From: a virus
Virus record (IMG/VR): IMGVR_UViG_3300009826_000006
Span: 1 to 53,197 of that record
Length of the DNA stretch: 53,197 nucleotides
Reading direction: 5' to 3' (one strand)
Below the pieces are notes generated by a model, which saw nothing but the letters and a program-made list of their open reading frames with translations, made no database searches and was not told the DNA's origin. Below, piece by piece: positions 32,814 to 43,135 of the stretch; position 1 is the stretch's first letter, and each line of letters starts with the position of its first letter. The translations under genes were made by a program, and so were the position numbers.

Positions 32814-35800
32814 TAACAAGTACAACCCCTTTACTTCTAGTTTCTTGACGTAAGTATTTACCTAACTTCCTAGCCTGCGACCTTATACTTTCCTTATCTT
32901 CTAAAGGTGTACCCCCTTCTCCATCTATATTAATAGTAATATCTTTTTCTACTACTACAACCTTTACAGATGTACTTGGATAGCTAACAATCCCCTTAGT
33001 GATTATCTGAGTATTTTTTAATTTTGAAAGTTGTTTACTTACTTCTGATATATCTTCGTACATAGTTGAAAAATCGGGATAATCAAAAGTAGTTAAACTA
33101 CTGCATAAGTCCTTAAGTGAGGATTCTATTGCCTTTGTACCATTTAGTAATCCGACAGCTATACCTTCAGAAAACATACGTCCTAAATATATTGCAACAC
33201 GTGAAGGGGATCGAATTTGTAAAGCACTCTGTATAGTATTTCTAATTCCATCTGCAATCGACTGTGCTGCTGACATTAGAGAACCATGCTGAGACCATAG
33301 ACCGCTTTCGAGACCTTGCATTATTTGCTGGCCGAGATGCTTTATGTCTAGCTGACGTACAATCTTATATATCTCATCTATTATATCATGCGTAGCTTGT
33401 CTAATGTCGGATAGTCTATCCAGCAATCCGTGAACTAGTCCTTGTGATAGATAGGTTCCGTATCTACGGGTTCTTCGTGAGGGTGAGTTCATTTCACCTC
33501 TACTAGTCATTGTATCAAAAATTTCATCAATAGCCTGACTACTAGCATCACGTAAATCCGAGTAGGTAGCCTCTATACCTTCGACAGTTCCATCACCTAT
33601 TGACAAACCTATTTTAGAAGGGTCATTATACTGTACTGCATCATGTGCAGCATTAAATGTTTGAACAACAGCCTCAACCATAGAATTTTCCATAGCCATA
33701 TTATTTGCTATAGCTTCAGCAGCCATGTCCATTGCCTCATCCATTGTGTTACCTAGTGCAGCAAATTCCGTTGCCACTGCTTTTACAGTATTGGCGGATA
33801 TCTCAGTAAACAGGTCATCCATTTCCTGTAGCATATTACCGCCGTCAGCAACAAATTCGCGTATATGCGGCAAACCCTCAATACCCATAGAACGTAGGTG
33901 CTCAACAACTTCGGCTGAGAGCTCTAAATCTTTAGCAAGCTGGTCTATTAAATCCATATAATAGCCAAATGCAATCCAGTTTTCAGCAGTAGTTTCAAGC
34001 TCAGCTGATGTTGCACGTAGGTCATCAATAATAGATTGTGCAGATGATTCGCTGTCACTAGCAGCTGACTGAAATACGTTTGAGACGGCATTCGCATATT
34101 GTTCCAGTACAGTTTCAACTGCTTCAATAGCAGCCTGTTGCCTTGCTAATGTTTCAATAAGCTCTTCTTGAGCTTGCTGTGCTTCTCCAACTATTTGCAT
34201 CTGTTCTTGAATACTTACATTAAGTAAGTCGTTTGCATTACTATTTGCTTCAAGCATTTCAGTGTAAGTTGCAAGTGTTGCTATTGCCTCAATAATCAGA
34301 TTATTAAGATATCTTTCCTCTGCGTTGCGCCTTACAGTACCATCTGCACTAAGATCATTTAGCTCATTTAATACTCTAGTTGCTTCCTGTTTCCTTATAG
34401 CAATTTCTAAACCTTCTTCTGCAAGTCTATTACTCTCGGCGGTTAATGTTTTTAGATAAGCAGTTTCTTGTGAGGCTGTAATAAACTGCAACATGGCTTC
34501 AGACGATCTATTTAAAGAGTCTTCGGTAGCATCAAAAGCTAAATTTAATCCTGGTATAAGACCGTTTAACTCATCAATATGTCTCTCCATCTGAACAGTT
34601 TGCCACAAAGCTCTATCTTGAGAATCTGCTAATTCTATAATAGATTCCTTGAGTTCGTACATTCTATATCTATTTTCTTGTAAGGCATTCATTTGCTTAA
34701 TAAAAGCTTCAGCACTACTTTCTACGGTATCCACTAATTCTTGCTGAGCTTTAGAAGCCGCAGATACTACCTCAGACATATATACAACTTCGTAGGATTG
34801 TTGACGCATACGTATTATAAGATAAGCAATACCTACAGTAAGTGCAGTTACACCTGCTACAATAGCCGTAATCGGATTTGCCATGAGAACTTTGAACAGT
34901 GCTAGTGCTGCTTTTTTAAGTGTGGGGAATACTGTTTTAGCAAGCAATGTCTTTACCTTGGCGTATGCGTTTACAGCAAACGTACCTGAGGCTATGCTAC
35001 TACTCAAACTAACAAAGCCTGCTTTTATCTTAGCTAAATTTAGTCCTTTCAGTGCAAGCCCTAGACTTATAAATTTAGTAGTGAGTGCTGTAACACCTAT
35101 CTTCAATACTGCCAATACACCCCCCTTTGTAACAATAGCGCTTTTCATCGCAACAAATTTTGCAGTTAATGCGCTGGTTACTGAAAGAATACCTCCTTTA
35201 AGCACATTAGCATATATAACCATTTTTGCTACTAAGGCCTTTAATTTAGTTTTCAGAGGTGTTACAGATTGTTTTATAAAAATACCAAATTGGCGATTGA
35301 GCGCAATCTTATTTGCCTTCATTGCAGATGCGGCAAGATTATAAGCTTTAATTGCTTGTGTTAACTTTATTATAACCTTTAACTTCATAAAGTTGTAAGC
35401 AAGTATTGCAAGTATTGGATATAGTAGACGTATATTATTTAATAAAAAAATTAAAACTTCCAGAAAAGCCCTAAAAGCTACATAAAGTACTCCACCTACT
35501 AACGCTGCTACCGCTCCAAATGCTACGAGCAAATAGGGTAAGTCATTTAGCACAGTGTTTAGTGCGTTTTTAAGTGCTGTAAATAATCTATCAAAGTTAG
35601 TTGTAAGCACAGTTAATACACCTACCACTGCTGTTACTGCAGCTACAAATACAGTTTTTAGTATATTACCTAGTATACCTACTACGTTAAGAAGTGAATA
35701 GAGTATACTGCCTAGAGCTGAAACTTCTTTACTAAAGGCTTTAAAAACAGCATTACCTGCTTTAAATGCACCTGTTAAAGCTTTAATCATAGGTAATAAA

Positions 35801-37695
35801 GTTGCTATTACTTTCAGTTTTATAAAATATCCTGCTAATATAATTATAATAGGGTATAGAACTCTAATATTATTTAACAACCAAGCAAATCCAGATATAA
35901 GTGCAGGAATAATTGTTTCTATTAAAGGCCTTACTGCTGCACCTATACTAGAGAACACTCCAAACAATACAATAAAATCTGAGGAAACTGTTGTCACTAC
36001 ATTTCCAAGGCCCCCAAAAAGTTCAATTGAATTTTCAGCTGTACCATTTATCGTTCCTCTTAGTACAGCAGCTAATAGTAAGAGCTTATTGGTTACATAA
36101 TCGACGCCCATTGTTAATATAGTAAACAAGCTATTTAAAGCACTACCTGCAATAACAAAGAGATTTAGTTCTCCTACAACAGGAAATATAGCCAATACTA
36201 AGCTAGAAAAAGCAAGAATAAGAGAGTAGGATGTATATACTAACGCCATAAAAAGATTTGCTATACTTTCAAATAGACCTAGTAGAGGCGTAATATTTAT
36301 TTGAATTTCAGACATACCTAAAACTAGCAAGCTAAATTGCGATATTAAAGACTTTAAAGTATAACCGACGAAAGATATTGCCCCACCTAAAATCTTATAT
36401 AGACCGGACGCAAGCGCTTGCACAGCCTCTATAAATAAATGCAAAATAGCTATAGGAAATGAAGTACCCATTTCAACAAGCAATCCTATAACTGTAGACA
36501 AGCCAGTAAACATTACGGTAATGACCGTTGAAAAAAGCCCTTGAACTGCAAGTAACCCTCCATGCAATGACCCACCGGGTCTTAACATTTCAGCAATGTC
36601 CCATAGTTTATTGGATATTACCTCTAAAAAATCTAATTGTATCTCACGTTTTGTTTGCCACACTGTAATGAGTATATCTGAGAGTGCATTACGAATAGAA
36701 CCTAAAACATTAGTAAGATTCCTTGATTGTATTTCCGCCATACCAAAAGCACGACCTACACCATCAAACGCATCTCCTGCTTCGTACATAAGCCTTATGT
36801 TATCCTGCCATGCATCTTTATTATTACTTAACTCGTCAAATACGGCGCGTGCATAAACTGTACTAAATAAATCTTGTGTAAGATTTACACGTTCTTGTTC
36901 AGTAGCAACACCATCTAAAGCCTTCATAGCGTCTAACAAGATATCATTAAAAGGCCTAAGTGCTCCTGTAGCTGTATCAAAAGTATTTATACCTAGAGTA
37001 CGCATTGCTGTAGCTGCTCTATCTGACGGGCCTGTTAGTTGATTAAATACTTGTTCTAGCCCCCTACCTGCCTGTACACCGTATATACCTCCGCGGTATA
37101 ACTGAGCAAGTGTACCACTCATGTACTCAACAGAGGTTCCTGAGGCATTCATGGTGGGTGCTAACGTAATAATAGCTTTTTGCAAATTACCTAAAGACAT
37201 ACCAGATTGTGCAACTACACCCGAAAATACATCTATATATTTATTAGCAGCATCTACATCTTGATTGGTCTTCATTAATGCGAGTCCTAAAAACTGAGTT
37301 GCTTGTGTTAAGTCCGCATTTGTTGCGATAGCAAGTGTTTGCGCATAATTCATTAAAGCAAAAGATTCTTCAGCAGTTCGCCCATCAATTGCTATTTTTT
37401 GAAAAGCTGTAGCCAGTTCAATTGCAGAGTTAGCTCCTACCCTAGAAAGGTCTCTGAAACCGAATTCTAGTTCAGTTAGAGATTCTTGAGTCATACCTGT
37501 TCGAGCAGCTATAGGAGCCATAGCCTGGTCAAACGCATCTCCTGTTCTAGCTACAGCAACTTTAAAAGCAGTCCAAGCAATAATAGCTCCGGCTATCATA
37601 TATTTGAGTTTGGAGTTGAACTTATTCATCGAGCTTTCAACGTCTTGAGTTTCTAGGTCTGTTGAAATTGTAATATTACCATCAGCGCGCGCCAT
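32806..37695 (-). CDS. tape measure protein (1629 aa)
   Basis: size, position after the chaperones, long hydrophobic and coiled-coil regions. Confidence 0.9.
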   Translation of the reverse strand: MARADGNITISTDLETQDVESSMNKFNSKLKYMIAGAIIAWTAFKVAVARTGDAFDQAMAPIAARTGMTQESLTELEFGFRDLSRVGANSAIELATAFQKIAIDGRTAEESFALMNYAQTLAIATNADLTQATQFLGLALMKTNQDVDAANKYIDVFSGVVAQSGMSLGNLQKAIITLAPTMNASGTSVEYMSGTLAQLYRGGIYGVQAGRGLEQVFNQLTGPSDRAATAMRTLGINTFDTATGALRPFNDILLDAMKALDGVATEQERVNLTQDLFSTVYARAVFDELSNNKDAWQDNIRLMYEAGDAFDGVGRAFGMAEIQSRNLTNVLGSIRNALSDILITVWQTKREIQLDFLEVISNKLWDIAEMLRPGGSLHGGLLAVQGLFSTVITVMFTGLSTVIGLLVEMGTSFPIAILHLFIEAVQALASGLYKILGGAISFVGYTLKSLISQFSLLVLGMSEIQINITPLLGLFESIANLFMALVYTSYSLILAFSSLVLAIFPVVGELNLFVIAGSALNSLFTILTMGVDYVTNKLLLLAAVLRGTINGTAENSIELFGGLGNVVTTVSSDFIVLFGVFSSIGAAVRPLIETIIPALISGFAWLLNNIRVLYPIIIILAGYFIKLKVIATLLPMIKALTGAFKAGNAVFKAFSKEVSALGSILYSLLNVVGILGNILKTVFVAAVTAVVGVLTVLTTNFDRLFTALKNALNTVLNDLPYLLVAFGAVAALVGGVLYVAFRAFLEVLIFLLNNIRLLYPILAILAYNFMKLKVIIKLTQAIKAYNLAASAMKANKIALNRQFGIFIKQSVTPLKTKLKALVAKMVIYANVLKGGILSVTSALTAKFVAMKSAIVTKGGVLAVLKIGVTALTTKFISLGLALKGLNLAKIKAGFVSLSSSIASGTFAVNAYAKVKTLLAKTVFPTLKKAALALFKVLMANPITAIVAGVTALTVGIAYLIIRMRQQSYEVVYMSEVVSAASKAQQELVDTVESSAEAFIKQMNALQENRYRMYELKESIIELADSQDRALWQTVQMERHIDELNGLIPGLNLAFDATEDSLNRSSEAMLQFITASQETAYLKTLTAESNRLAEEGLEIAIRKQEATRVLNELNDLSADGTVRRNAEERYLNNLIIEAIATLATYTEMLEANSNANDLLNVSIQEQMQIVGEAQQAQEELIETLARQQAAIEAVETVLEQYANAVSNVFQSAASDSESSAQSIIDDLRATSAELETTAENWIAFGYYMDLIDQLAKDLELSAEVVEHLRSMGIEGLPHIREFVADGGNMLQEMDDLFTEISANTVKAVATEFAALGNTMDEAMDMAAEAIANNMAMENSMVEAVVQTFNAAHDAVQYNDPSKIGLSIGDGTVEGIEATYSDLRDASSQAIDEIFDTMTSRGEMNSPSRRTRRYGTYLSQGLVHGLLDRLSDIRQATHDIIDEIYKIVRQLDIKHLGQQIMQGLESGLWSQHGSLMSAAQSIADGIRNTIQSALQIRSPSRVAIYLGRMFSEGIAVGLLNGTKAIESSLKDLCSSLTTFDYPDFSTMYEDISEVSKQLSKLKNTQIITKGIVSYPSTSVKVVVVEKDITINIDGEGGTPLEDKESIRSQARKLGKYLRQETRSKGVVLVNG

Positions 37696-37728
37696 AGTTC
37701 ACCTCCTATGAAAAATATGCAGAACTAC

Positions 37729-38391
37729 TTACTTACGCCCCTCTGCGGGGACACTAGCAAGTAGTTTTGCCATAACTGTATTAACCATTTCAGTTTCTAT
37801 ACTATTGAGTTTAACAGGAATTTGTACCTCTCTTTGAGCTTTTGCAAGTTTGGTTTTATCTTTACCTTTAAAATCTTTTAAGTCTAAAGTTCTTAACTCA
37901 AGCTTACGTCCAAAAGCTGTCTCTTTATCAAGATTAGAGAAAAGCATTAAAAATTTATACCAGTGCAGGTATTCGATAGTTACAAGGTCTATTTTATAGT
38001 CCTGTAAAAAACTTACATAAATTTCCTCTGCGTCAAATTCAAAGCAATAGTTAGGTTTTTTAGAGGTCTCTTGCACTAAAGACTTCTTATGCTCTTCAAC
38101 GGCCTTTTTAACAAGATCATCGCCTACATCTTTAGGTGGAGCAATAAACTCTACCATAGCTTTAACAAGTAACCTAGGTTCTAAGAGAATTATTTCTGTA
38201 GAGATGGTATAAAACCAACTTATAATGCGACGAATTTTTTGCGATTCAGATACTTCAGGATCATCATATATCGCTAAGATTTTTAAGATAACCCTAAAAT
38301 CCGAATTGATAGATACTATGCTACTGCCTATAGTAAGAGTTTTGGGGAAAGCAATATATTCTGAAGACCAAAGAGCGAATTTGTTACGCAT
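37729..38391 (-). CDS. tail assembly chaperone (Gp15-like)
   Basis: position between the major tail protein and the tape measure; N-terminal pattern recalls the phage Gp15 family. Confidence 0.55.
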   Translation of the reverse strand: MRNKFALWSSEYIAFPKTLTIGSSIVSINSDFRVILKILAIYDDPEVSESQKIRRIISWFYTISTEIILLEPRLLVKAMVEFIAPPKDVGDDLVKKAVEEHKKSLVQETSKKPNYCFEFDAEEIYVSFLQDYKIDLVTIEYLHWYKFLMLFSNLDKETAFGRKLELRTLDLKDFKGKDKTKLAKAQREVQIPVKLNSIETEMVNTVMAKLLASVPAEGRK

Positions 38392-38743
38392 ACTTTTTAT
38401 CTATGTCTTCCTCATATATCTCTACAACTGCACCTGTTATTTGTCGATACATATCTATACTAGCAGCTAGAGATGGTGTACGGCCATTAGTAATTTTCAT
38501 AAGCGTACCTTCGCCTAATATATTGTCTACGCTACGAGTTAGGAAGTTAAGAATATCCAAAGCTTCATCAGACTCTGCTTCTGTAATTTGTCCTGAAGTA
38601 GCAGATTTTGTTAGATTTCTCAATTTCTTTTCAACCTCCGAAGCTTTAAGTATAACTTCTGTGTCGTTTAATAAAACTGTATAAACTTCACCATTTACCT
38701 CTAAGGTTTTTTGTTCTGGTAATACAAATGTTAATTTCTTCAT
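38384..38743 (-). CDS. tail assembly chaperone
   Basis: position; AAGGAGG SD; acidic 119-aa protein. Confidence 0.55.
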   Translation of the reverse strand: MKKLTFVLPEQKTLEVNGEVYTVLLNDTEVILKASEVEKKLRNLTKSATSGQITEAESDEALDILNFLTRSVDNILGEGTLMKITNGRTPSLAASIDMYRQITGAVVEIYEEDIDKKYA

Positions 38744-38819
38744 AGGGTTACCTCCTTATATACTACGCATCCAACTCTTCTTCATCAGGGGTTTCTTCAG
38801 TTGGGGGTAGTGGGGAACT

Positions 38820-39416
38820 TCAGGGTGTTACATTAGCTTCTAAAAAGAGGCCGTCTAGCAAACGTATTGTTTGACCTTCAACACTAACTACTAATACATC
38901 TGGTTCATTAGCGAAATATGTTCCTTCAGTGAACTCAAGAGTAGTAATGTTAAATACTCCAGGTATAAAATTACCTACCTGATTTAGGTTGCCGCTAGAT
39001 TCTACGATTTGAGTACCCTCACCTGAGGTATCTGAAACCTCTATTGCGACACGGAACATGCGCGCAGGATGTACATCTTCGATACCTGTTGGCAAGAATA
39101 CTTCAGTACGTACATAATCTTTTTCTGCGCCTGTGGCCTGCTTTTGATTACGTCCTACTGAATAAATAGCCATAACAGCTCTCTGATCTACCATGATATC
39201 TGTGCTGTAAGGAAACTGTGCTTCATAACCACGTATTATGGAACTAGTTGAACGGTCTGATATATAGGCCCGCGTTTCCGCTTGAGCATTTGGATTTTCA
39301 TCTAGGTTAGTAAAGCCAGGACCCATAAGCGCCCAATCAGGCTTCAGGGCGCCTCTCTTGGCCACGTTAAGATAGTCCGCGATAAAGTTACGAATGACTG
39401 TACCTACTTCTGACAT
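38820..39416 (-). CDS. major tail protein
   Basis: 198 aa, position upstream of the chaperones and tape measure. Confidence 0.65.
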   Translation of the reverse strand: MSEVGTVIRNFIADYLNVAKRGALKPDWALMGPGFTNLDENPNAQAETRAYISDRSTSSIIRGYEAQFPYSTDIMVDQRAVMAIYSVGRNQKQATGAEKDYVRTEVFLPTGIEDVHPARMFRVAIEVSDTSGEGTQIVESSGNLNQVGNFIPGVFNITTLEFTEGTYFANEPDVLVVSVEGQTIRLLDGLFLEANVTP

Positions 39417-39862
39417 TATACTTCCTCCCTATATGTTATGGTTGCAAAGAAATCGTACCTTGCTTGATTATTACTTTGAAGTTGTGTTAGTTGAGGACTT
39501 TCGCGAGTGCTTAATTTATAGTCACTGCATTTAGGTCCAAAGTCAGGAAAAGCTCTAGAAGCCCCTTGCTGGGCAATATATTTTTGCCATGTACGAGCTA
39601 TACCCATATTTTCTACATTTGTACCATCATCAGCATCAGATACTGCAAGTATAATTTGTAAAGCGAAAGTATATTCTCTTATAGTTGTACCATCTACGTA
39701 AGTACGTATAGGCCTATCATCTACAGGAGCAATTGCACAGCTACCTTCTTGCCCTCTTAAGAAGTTAAATAAGAAAGAGCTACCTTGCTTAGGGGGTTTG
39801 CTTACCCAGTCCCACAAAGCTTCTTCTTTATTAACTACCTTTAATGTAGGCATCTGTATCAC
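39416..39862 (-). CDS. tail terminator / tail completion protein
   Basis: synteny; start ambiguous (GTG 39862 or ATG 39853). Confidence 0.5.
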   Translation of the reverse strand: MIQMPTLKVVNKEEALWDWVSKPPKQGSSFLFNFLRGQEGSCAIAPVDDRPIRTYVDGTTIREYTFALQIILAVSDADDGTNVENMGIARTWQKYIAQQGASRAFPDFGPKCSDYKLSTRESPQLTQLQSNNQARYDFFATITYREEV

Positions 39863-40187
39863 TCACTAACGTTTTATACTTACCAGACCTAATAGCCGCT
39901 TTATCCCATTTAGCAGATGCTAGTGGATGTTTATGCGTTTGAAAATTCATACGTGTTCCATAGTAAACAGGACCTGCGTAAGGTGCTACATAGTGAATAT
40001 AACCTGTGGAGCCTTCTGAGGAAATAGACGTAGAATCATTTGCAAGAAATCCTGAGTCCATTGGTACAAAAGGGTTAACTAACCTACGCCAAGTTTCAGC
40101 CATAAAAAGAGCTGTATTACCATTACGTAGGATACGTTTATTGATAATAGATTTTGGATTGCCATTCCATTTAATTGATATATTCAT
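39831..40187 (-). CDS. HK97 gp10-like head-tail joining protein
   Basis: synteny and VPMDSGFL...YVAPYAGPVYYG pattern. Confidence 0.55.
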   Translation of the reverse strand: MNISIKWNGNPKSIINKRILRNGNTALFMAETWRRLVNPFVPMDSGFLANDSTSISSEGSTGYIHYVAPYAGPVYYGTRMNFQTHKHPLASAKWDKAAIRSGKYKTLVSDTDAYIKGS

Positions 40188-40189
40188 TA

Positions 40190-40618
40190 CTATACACCTT
40201 CTGCTCGAATATGCTTACCTAGCATAGCTTTAGTAGAGTACCTAACAGCCTTTGCTTGCATGATGTCAGATTGAAGTTTACGTCTTAGATCTGGGATAGT
40301 AATCTCTCCCGCCGCGGAGTTTTTACCTATCTCATACTTGTGAATACCTAGAGCTAGATAGTCATCTATTTGAACTGTGAAATATTTAGAACGTTCCTCT
40401 TCAGACAAATTCTGCCATGACTCAGGCTTAAGGTAATTATCTACATAAGGTATACGACAAACTAACGTAGAAAGTAAGCTAGGATTTTGGGTATCTCCAG
40501 CACCCGTAGAGCGATGGTTAGAACGTTGAGTATAGCGGCACTTAGCATGTATTTCATGTCTATAATATTTATCTCCAAGGCGATTCCAAATAGTTATAAA
40601 ATCATTGCCACCTAGCAC
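40190..40618 (-). CDS. head closure / head-tail adaptor protein (GTG start)
   Basis: synteny. Confidence 0.5.
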   Translation of the reverse strand: MLGGNDFITIWNRLGDKYYRHEIHAKCRYTQRSNHRSTGAGDTQNPSLLSTLVCRIPYVDNYLKPESWQNLSEEERSKYFTVQIDDYLALGIHKYEIGKNSAAGEITIPDLRRKLQSDIMQAKAVRYSTKAMLGKHIRAEGV

Positions 40619-40620
40619 AA

Positions 40621-41043
40621 CTACTTGCCCCCCCCCATTCTTCTAGAGAGTTGCTCTGCAGTAAAGTAAGCTTGTAGTATAGTATTCAGTCTCCTCTGGA
40701 ATAGCTCCCCGCTGCCTCCACGAGCACCTCCTTCATAAACTTCTCTATAACCTTCATTAGTAAATGAAATTATGGCTGCTCCATTTTCCCCTACAGCAGC
40801 CTCACTTCTAAAGAAAAGTTCAGCTAAGTCACATATACCTCGAATGTTACTTTCTTCAAGATCTGTAAACTCTGCGAGTGCTGGGCTAGGAGGTTTGAAA
40901 GTCCAAGTTAAGCGATTAAGGGTTTGCTCTTGCACATATAGGCCTGCACGAGAAATGAACACGTTAAAGCGATCTTCAGGTATAGCTGAAAATCCTCTCT
41001 CAGTATACATTTCTCGTGTTACGTGTATGTGCGAATTACTCAT
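40621..41043 (-). CDS. head-tail connector (gp6-like) protein; ends in a G9 run
   Basis: synteny after the capsid gene. Confidence 0.5.
   Translation of the reverse strand: MSNSHIHVTREMYTERGFSAIPEDRFNVFISRAGLYVQEQTLNRLTWTFKPPSPALAEFTDLEESNIRGICDLAELFFRSEAAVGENGAAIISFTNEGYREVYEGGARGGSGELFQRRLNTILQAYFTAEQLSRRMGGGK
40628..40636. repeat. C9 (+ strand) / G9 (coding strand) homopolymer, 4 codons before the stop of 40621..41043
   Basis: read directly. Confidence 0.95.
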
Positions 41044-41206
41044 CCTTATCGTCGCCTACTTTCTTAGGTTCCGGAGTCACCTCGAATTTCTTTTTACGCA
41101 TAAGTTCAACGATGCGTTTATCTTCTGCGTAACCTACGCCACGTACAAATTCTACCCCGTAGCGAGTTTCGGTGATATTAATGGGAAGCTTAATTTTATG
41201 TCTCAT
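41036..41206 (-). CDS. small protein (56 aa; not in ORF track)
   Basis: hand translation MRHKIKLPINITETRYGVEFVRGVGYAEDKRIVELMRKKKFEVTPEPKKVGDDKDE; AAGGAGG SD; ATGAGTAA coupling to the next gene. Confidence 0.6.
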   Translation of the reverse strand: MRHKIKLPINITETRYGVEFVRGVGYAEDKRIVELMRKKKFEVTPEPKKVGDDKDE

Positions 41207-41217
41207 TAGGGCCTCCT

Positions 41218-42177
41218 TTACCGTACTTTAATGTTTCTGAATACACCTGCGCGTAGAGAGTTTTTTAGTACTACGGCTGCAACCATTTCAACGTCACCCT
41301 CTTTAAGAACGCCAGGCGCGCTTAAGTCTGGAAGCTTTGTAGAAATAACACTGTCGCCTACAGGGGAGATACCGTGGAAACCTGCTTCACCAATATTTAC
41401 AGCGTACAAGGAAGTCGCACCTTGCGCATCTATAGGTACCGTAGGTATCGAAGCGGTTCCGTTAAAGAAGAACTTCATATCGATGATTGGGATGCCGTTC
41501 CAGTGCTCCACTGGCTGTCCGAAAGCATTTTCGCTACGCGTATAATATCCTGCACGTCTAGCCACAGATTTTACTTTGTTAGCCATAGGTGTATTAGCTA
41601 GGAAAGCGCTTGGAGTTACATCCATACCTGACACAAACTCGTCCATCATATCTAGGAAGCGGTGGTAGTTAGTACCAACTAGCTCAGAAGATGAAAGGTC
41701 GAATACAGGGCCGCTAGAGTTAAACTCTGTACTGGAGCCTGTTAAAATAGTATCAAGACCGTCAAACTCATCAGCATTGGCTGCGCGATCGCCATTAATT
41801 GTAGTGTAATGGAAAAGATTAGCAGCACCCATAATCTTTTCGCGCATCTGGAAGTTAAGCTCGTTAACTGCCCCAGATGTATTAATAATGACGCGATCTA
41901 GTTTGAAACTCCCTCCGAAGATTTTCAAGTAAGCTGTCGCATCTTCTCGAATAGCTTCCTGATTTACATATTCTTCGTTAAGCTTTCTAAAGGCCGCTGT
42001 AGCCGGAGTTTTAAGCCTTACGTATCCATAGGCAAGGGTTGAGCCTCCAGTTCCGGGAGACACAGCATTATCGAAAATTAGATTATCGAGTAGCCAAGAT
42101 CCTCTCCGAAACTCGTCAACCACAGTTTGGTCGACTTTATTAGCCATACCTACTTTTGCTTGTTCGAGTGTAATCAT
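41218..42177 (-). CDS. major capsid protein
   Basis: 319 aa, after the scaffold gene, GGAGG SD. Confidence 0.75.
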   Translation of the reverse strand: MITLEQAKVGMANKVDQTVVDEFRRGSWLLDNLIFDNAVSPGTGGSTLAYGYVRLKTPATAAFRKLNEEYVNQEAIREDATAYLKIFGGSFKLDRVIINTSGAVNELNFQMREKIMGAANLFHYTTINGDRAANADEFDGLDTILTGSSTEFNSSGPVFDLSSSELVGTNYHRFLDMMDEFVSGMDVTPSAFLANTPMANKVKSVARRAGYYTRSENAFGQPVEHWNGIPIIDMKFFFNGTASIPTVPIDAQGATSLYAVNIGEAGFHGISPVGDSVISTKLPDLSAPGVLKEGDVEMVAAVVLKNSLRAGVFRNIKVR

Positions 42178-42180
42178 TGT

Positions 42181-42846
42181 TTAGTTACCTCCATAATGGT
42201 TTGATAATGCTTCACTTAAAGAACCTGCCTCTACATGTATAGGTGGAGGCATCTGCCGTCCTGCACCGTTTGGTTGTGATGATGCTTGTGCAAAAATATC
42301 TGTACGCTCTTTGCCATCAGCACCTAGTATAAGAGTTTTGAAAATATCAGTACGACTCTTACCCTCGTTTGATTTATCTTGTACAGCTTCATTAAGCTTA
42401 GCGCGGAAAGCTGTTTCAGTCTCAGGGGTTATAAACTTTTTGTCTAAGCTTCGAAGGAAATCTACAGTCTCACTATCGCGTTGCAAATCAGCTACTTGTC
42501 TCTCTATAGTTTTCTTTTGTTCTGCGAGAGCTATCTTATGATCTGCATCCATTTTTTTAGTAGCCTCTTTTACTGCGTCGTTAAGGTCAGGAGCTTCATC
42601 TACCAACTTTTTGTAATCATCTCTTTGCGTAGTTAGAGTATCAATTGTTTTGTTGAGATTGTCGATAGATATTTTATGTTTGGCGTCTAATGCAGTTTTA
42701 GTAGCCTCTACTTCCTCTTTTACTTCTTCATCTGTTTTACCTACTTTTTTAGCTTGCTCTGCCTGTATGGATTTACCGTACTCTTCCATAATCTTATCGG
42801 CATCAGCTTCAGAAATACCTAGACCTACTAAAAACTTTCTTTTCAT
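42181..42846 (-). CDS. scaffolding protein
   Basis: charged helical 221-aa protein directly upstream of the capsid gene. Confidence 0.7.
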   Translation of the reverse strand: MKRKFLVGLGISEADADKIMEEYGKSIQAEQAKKVGKTDEEVKEEVEATKTALDAKHKISIDNLNKTIDTLTTQRDDYKKLVDEAPDLNDAVKEATKKMDADHKIALAEQKKTIERQVADLQRDSETVDFLRSLDKKFITPETETAFRAKLNEAVQDKSNEGKSRTDIFKTLILGADGKERTDIFAQASSQPNGAGRQMPPPIHVEAGSLSEALSNHYGGN

Positions 42847-42936
42847 GATGTTTCCTTTCTGCCCCTAACGTTATTTGATAACGCAGTTACGACCTGCGAA
42901 GGGTTTAGGATTTAACGCTTCCTAAAGCGAATTATA

Positions 42937-43128
42937 TTAACTAGGCGGATGTGCCGCCTCAATTGCCTCCTGTAATTGAGCTGCGTCTTGTATTAACTTA
43001 TTTTTTGCATTTTGTAGTCTAATGGGGTTTCCTACTAGATCTGTATACATACGAAGTGTTTGAGCATCCTCTTCTATTTGCCATCTTGCTTGACGCTGAG
43101 CCTGGGTTTCATTTGCGGGAATAGACAT
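42937..43128 (-). CDS. hypothetical protein (63 aa)
   Basis: ORF in the head module. Confidence 0.5.
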   Translation of the reverse strand: MSIPANETQAQRQARWQIEEDAQTLRMYTDLVGNPIRLQNAKNKLIQDAAQLQEAIEAAHPPS

Positions 43129-43135
43129 GATAAAC

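Noticed and set aside
38384-38400. Programmed -1 frameshift between the two tail assembly chaperone genes
   Set aside because: The sequence is GAT AAA AAG TAT GCG TAA, which has only five A residues and so is not the X XXY YYZ heptamer A AAA AAG. The downstream gene is in the +1 frame and has its own ATG overlapping the stop (ATGCGTAA). Simple translational coupling explains it.
38760-38822. In-frame 19-codon extension after the TGA stop of the major tail protein (SSPLPPTEETPDEEELDA)
   Set aside because: It is short and I could identify no recoding signal. It could be chance, so I did not report it as readthrough.
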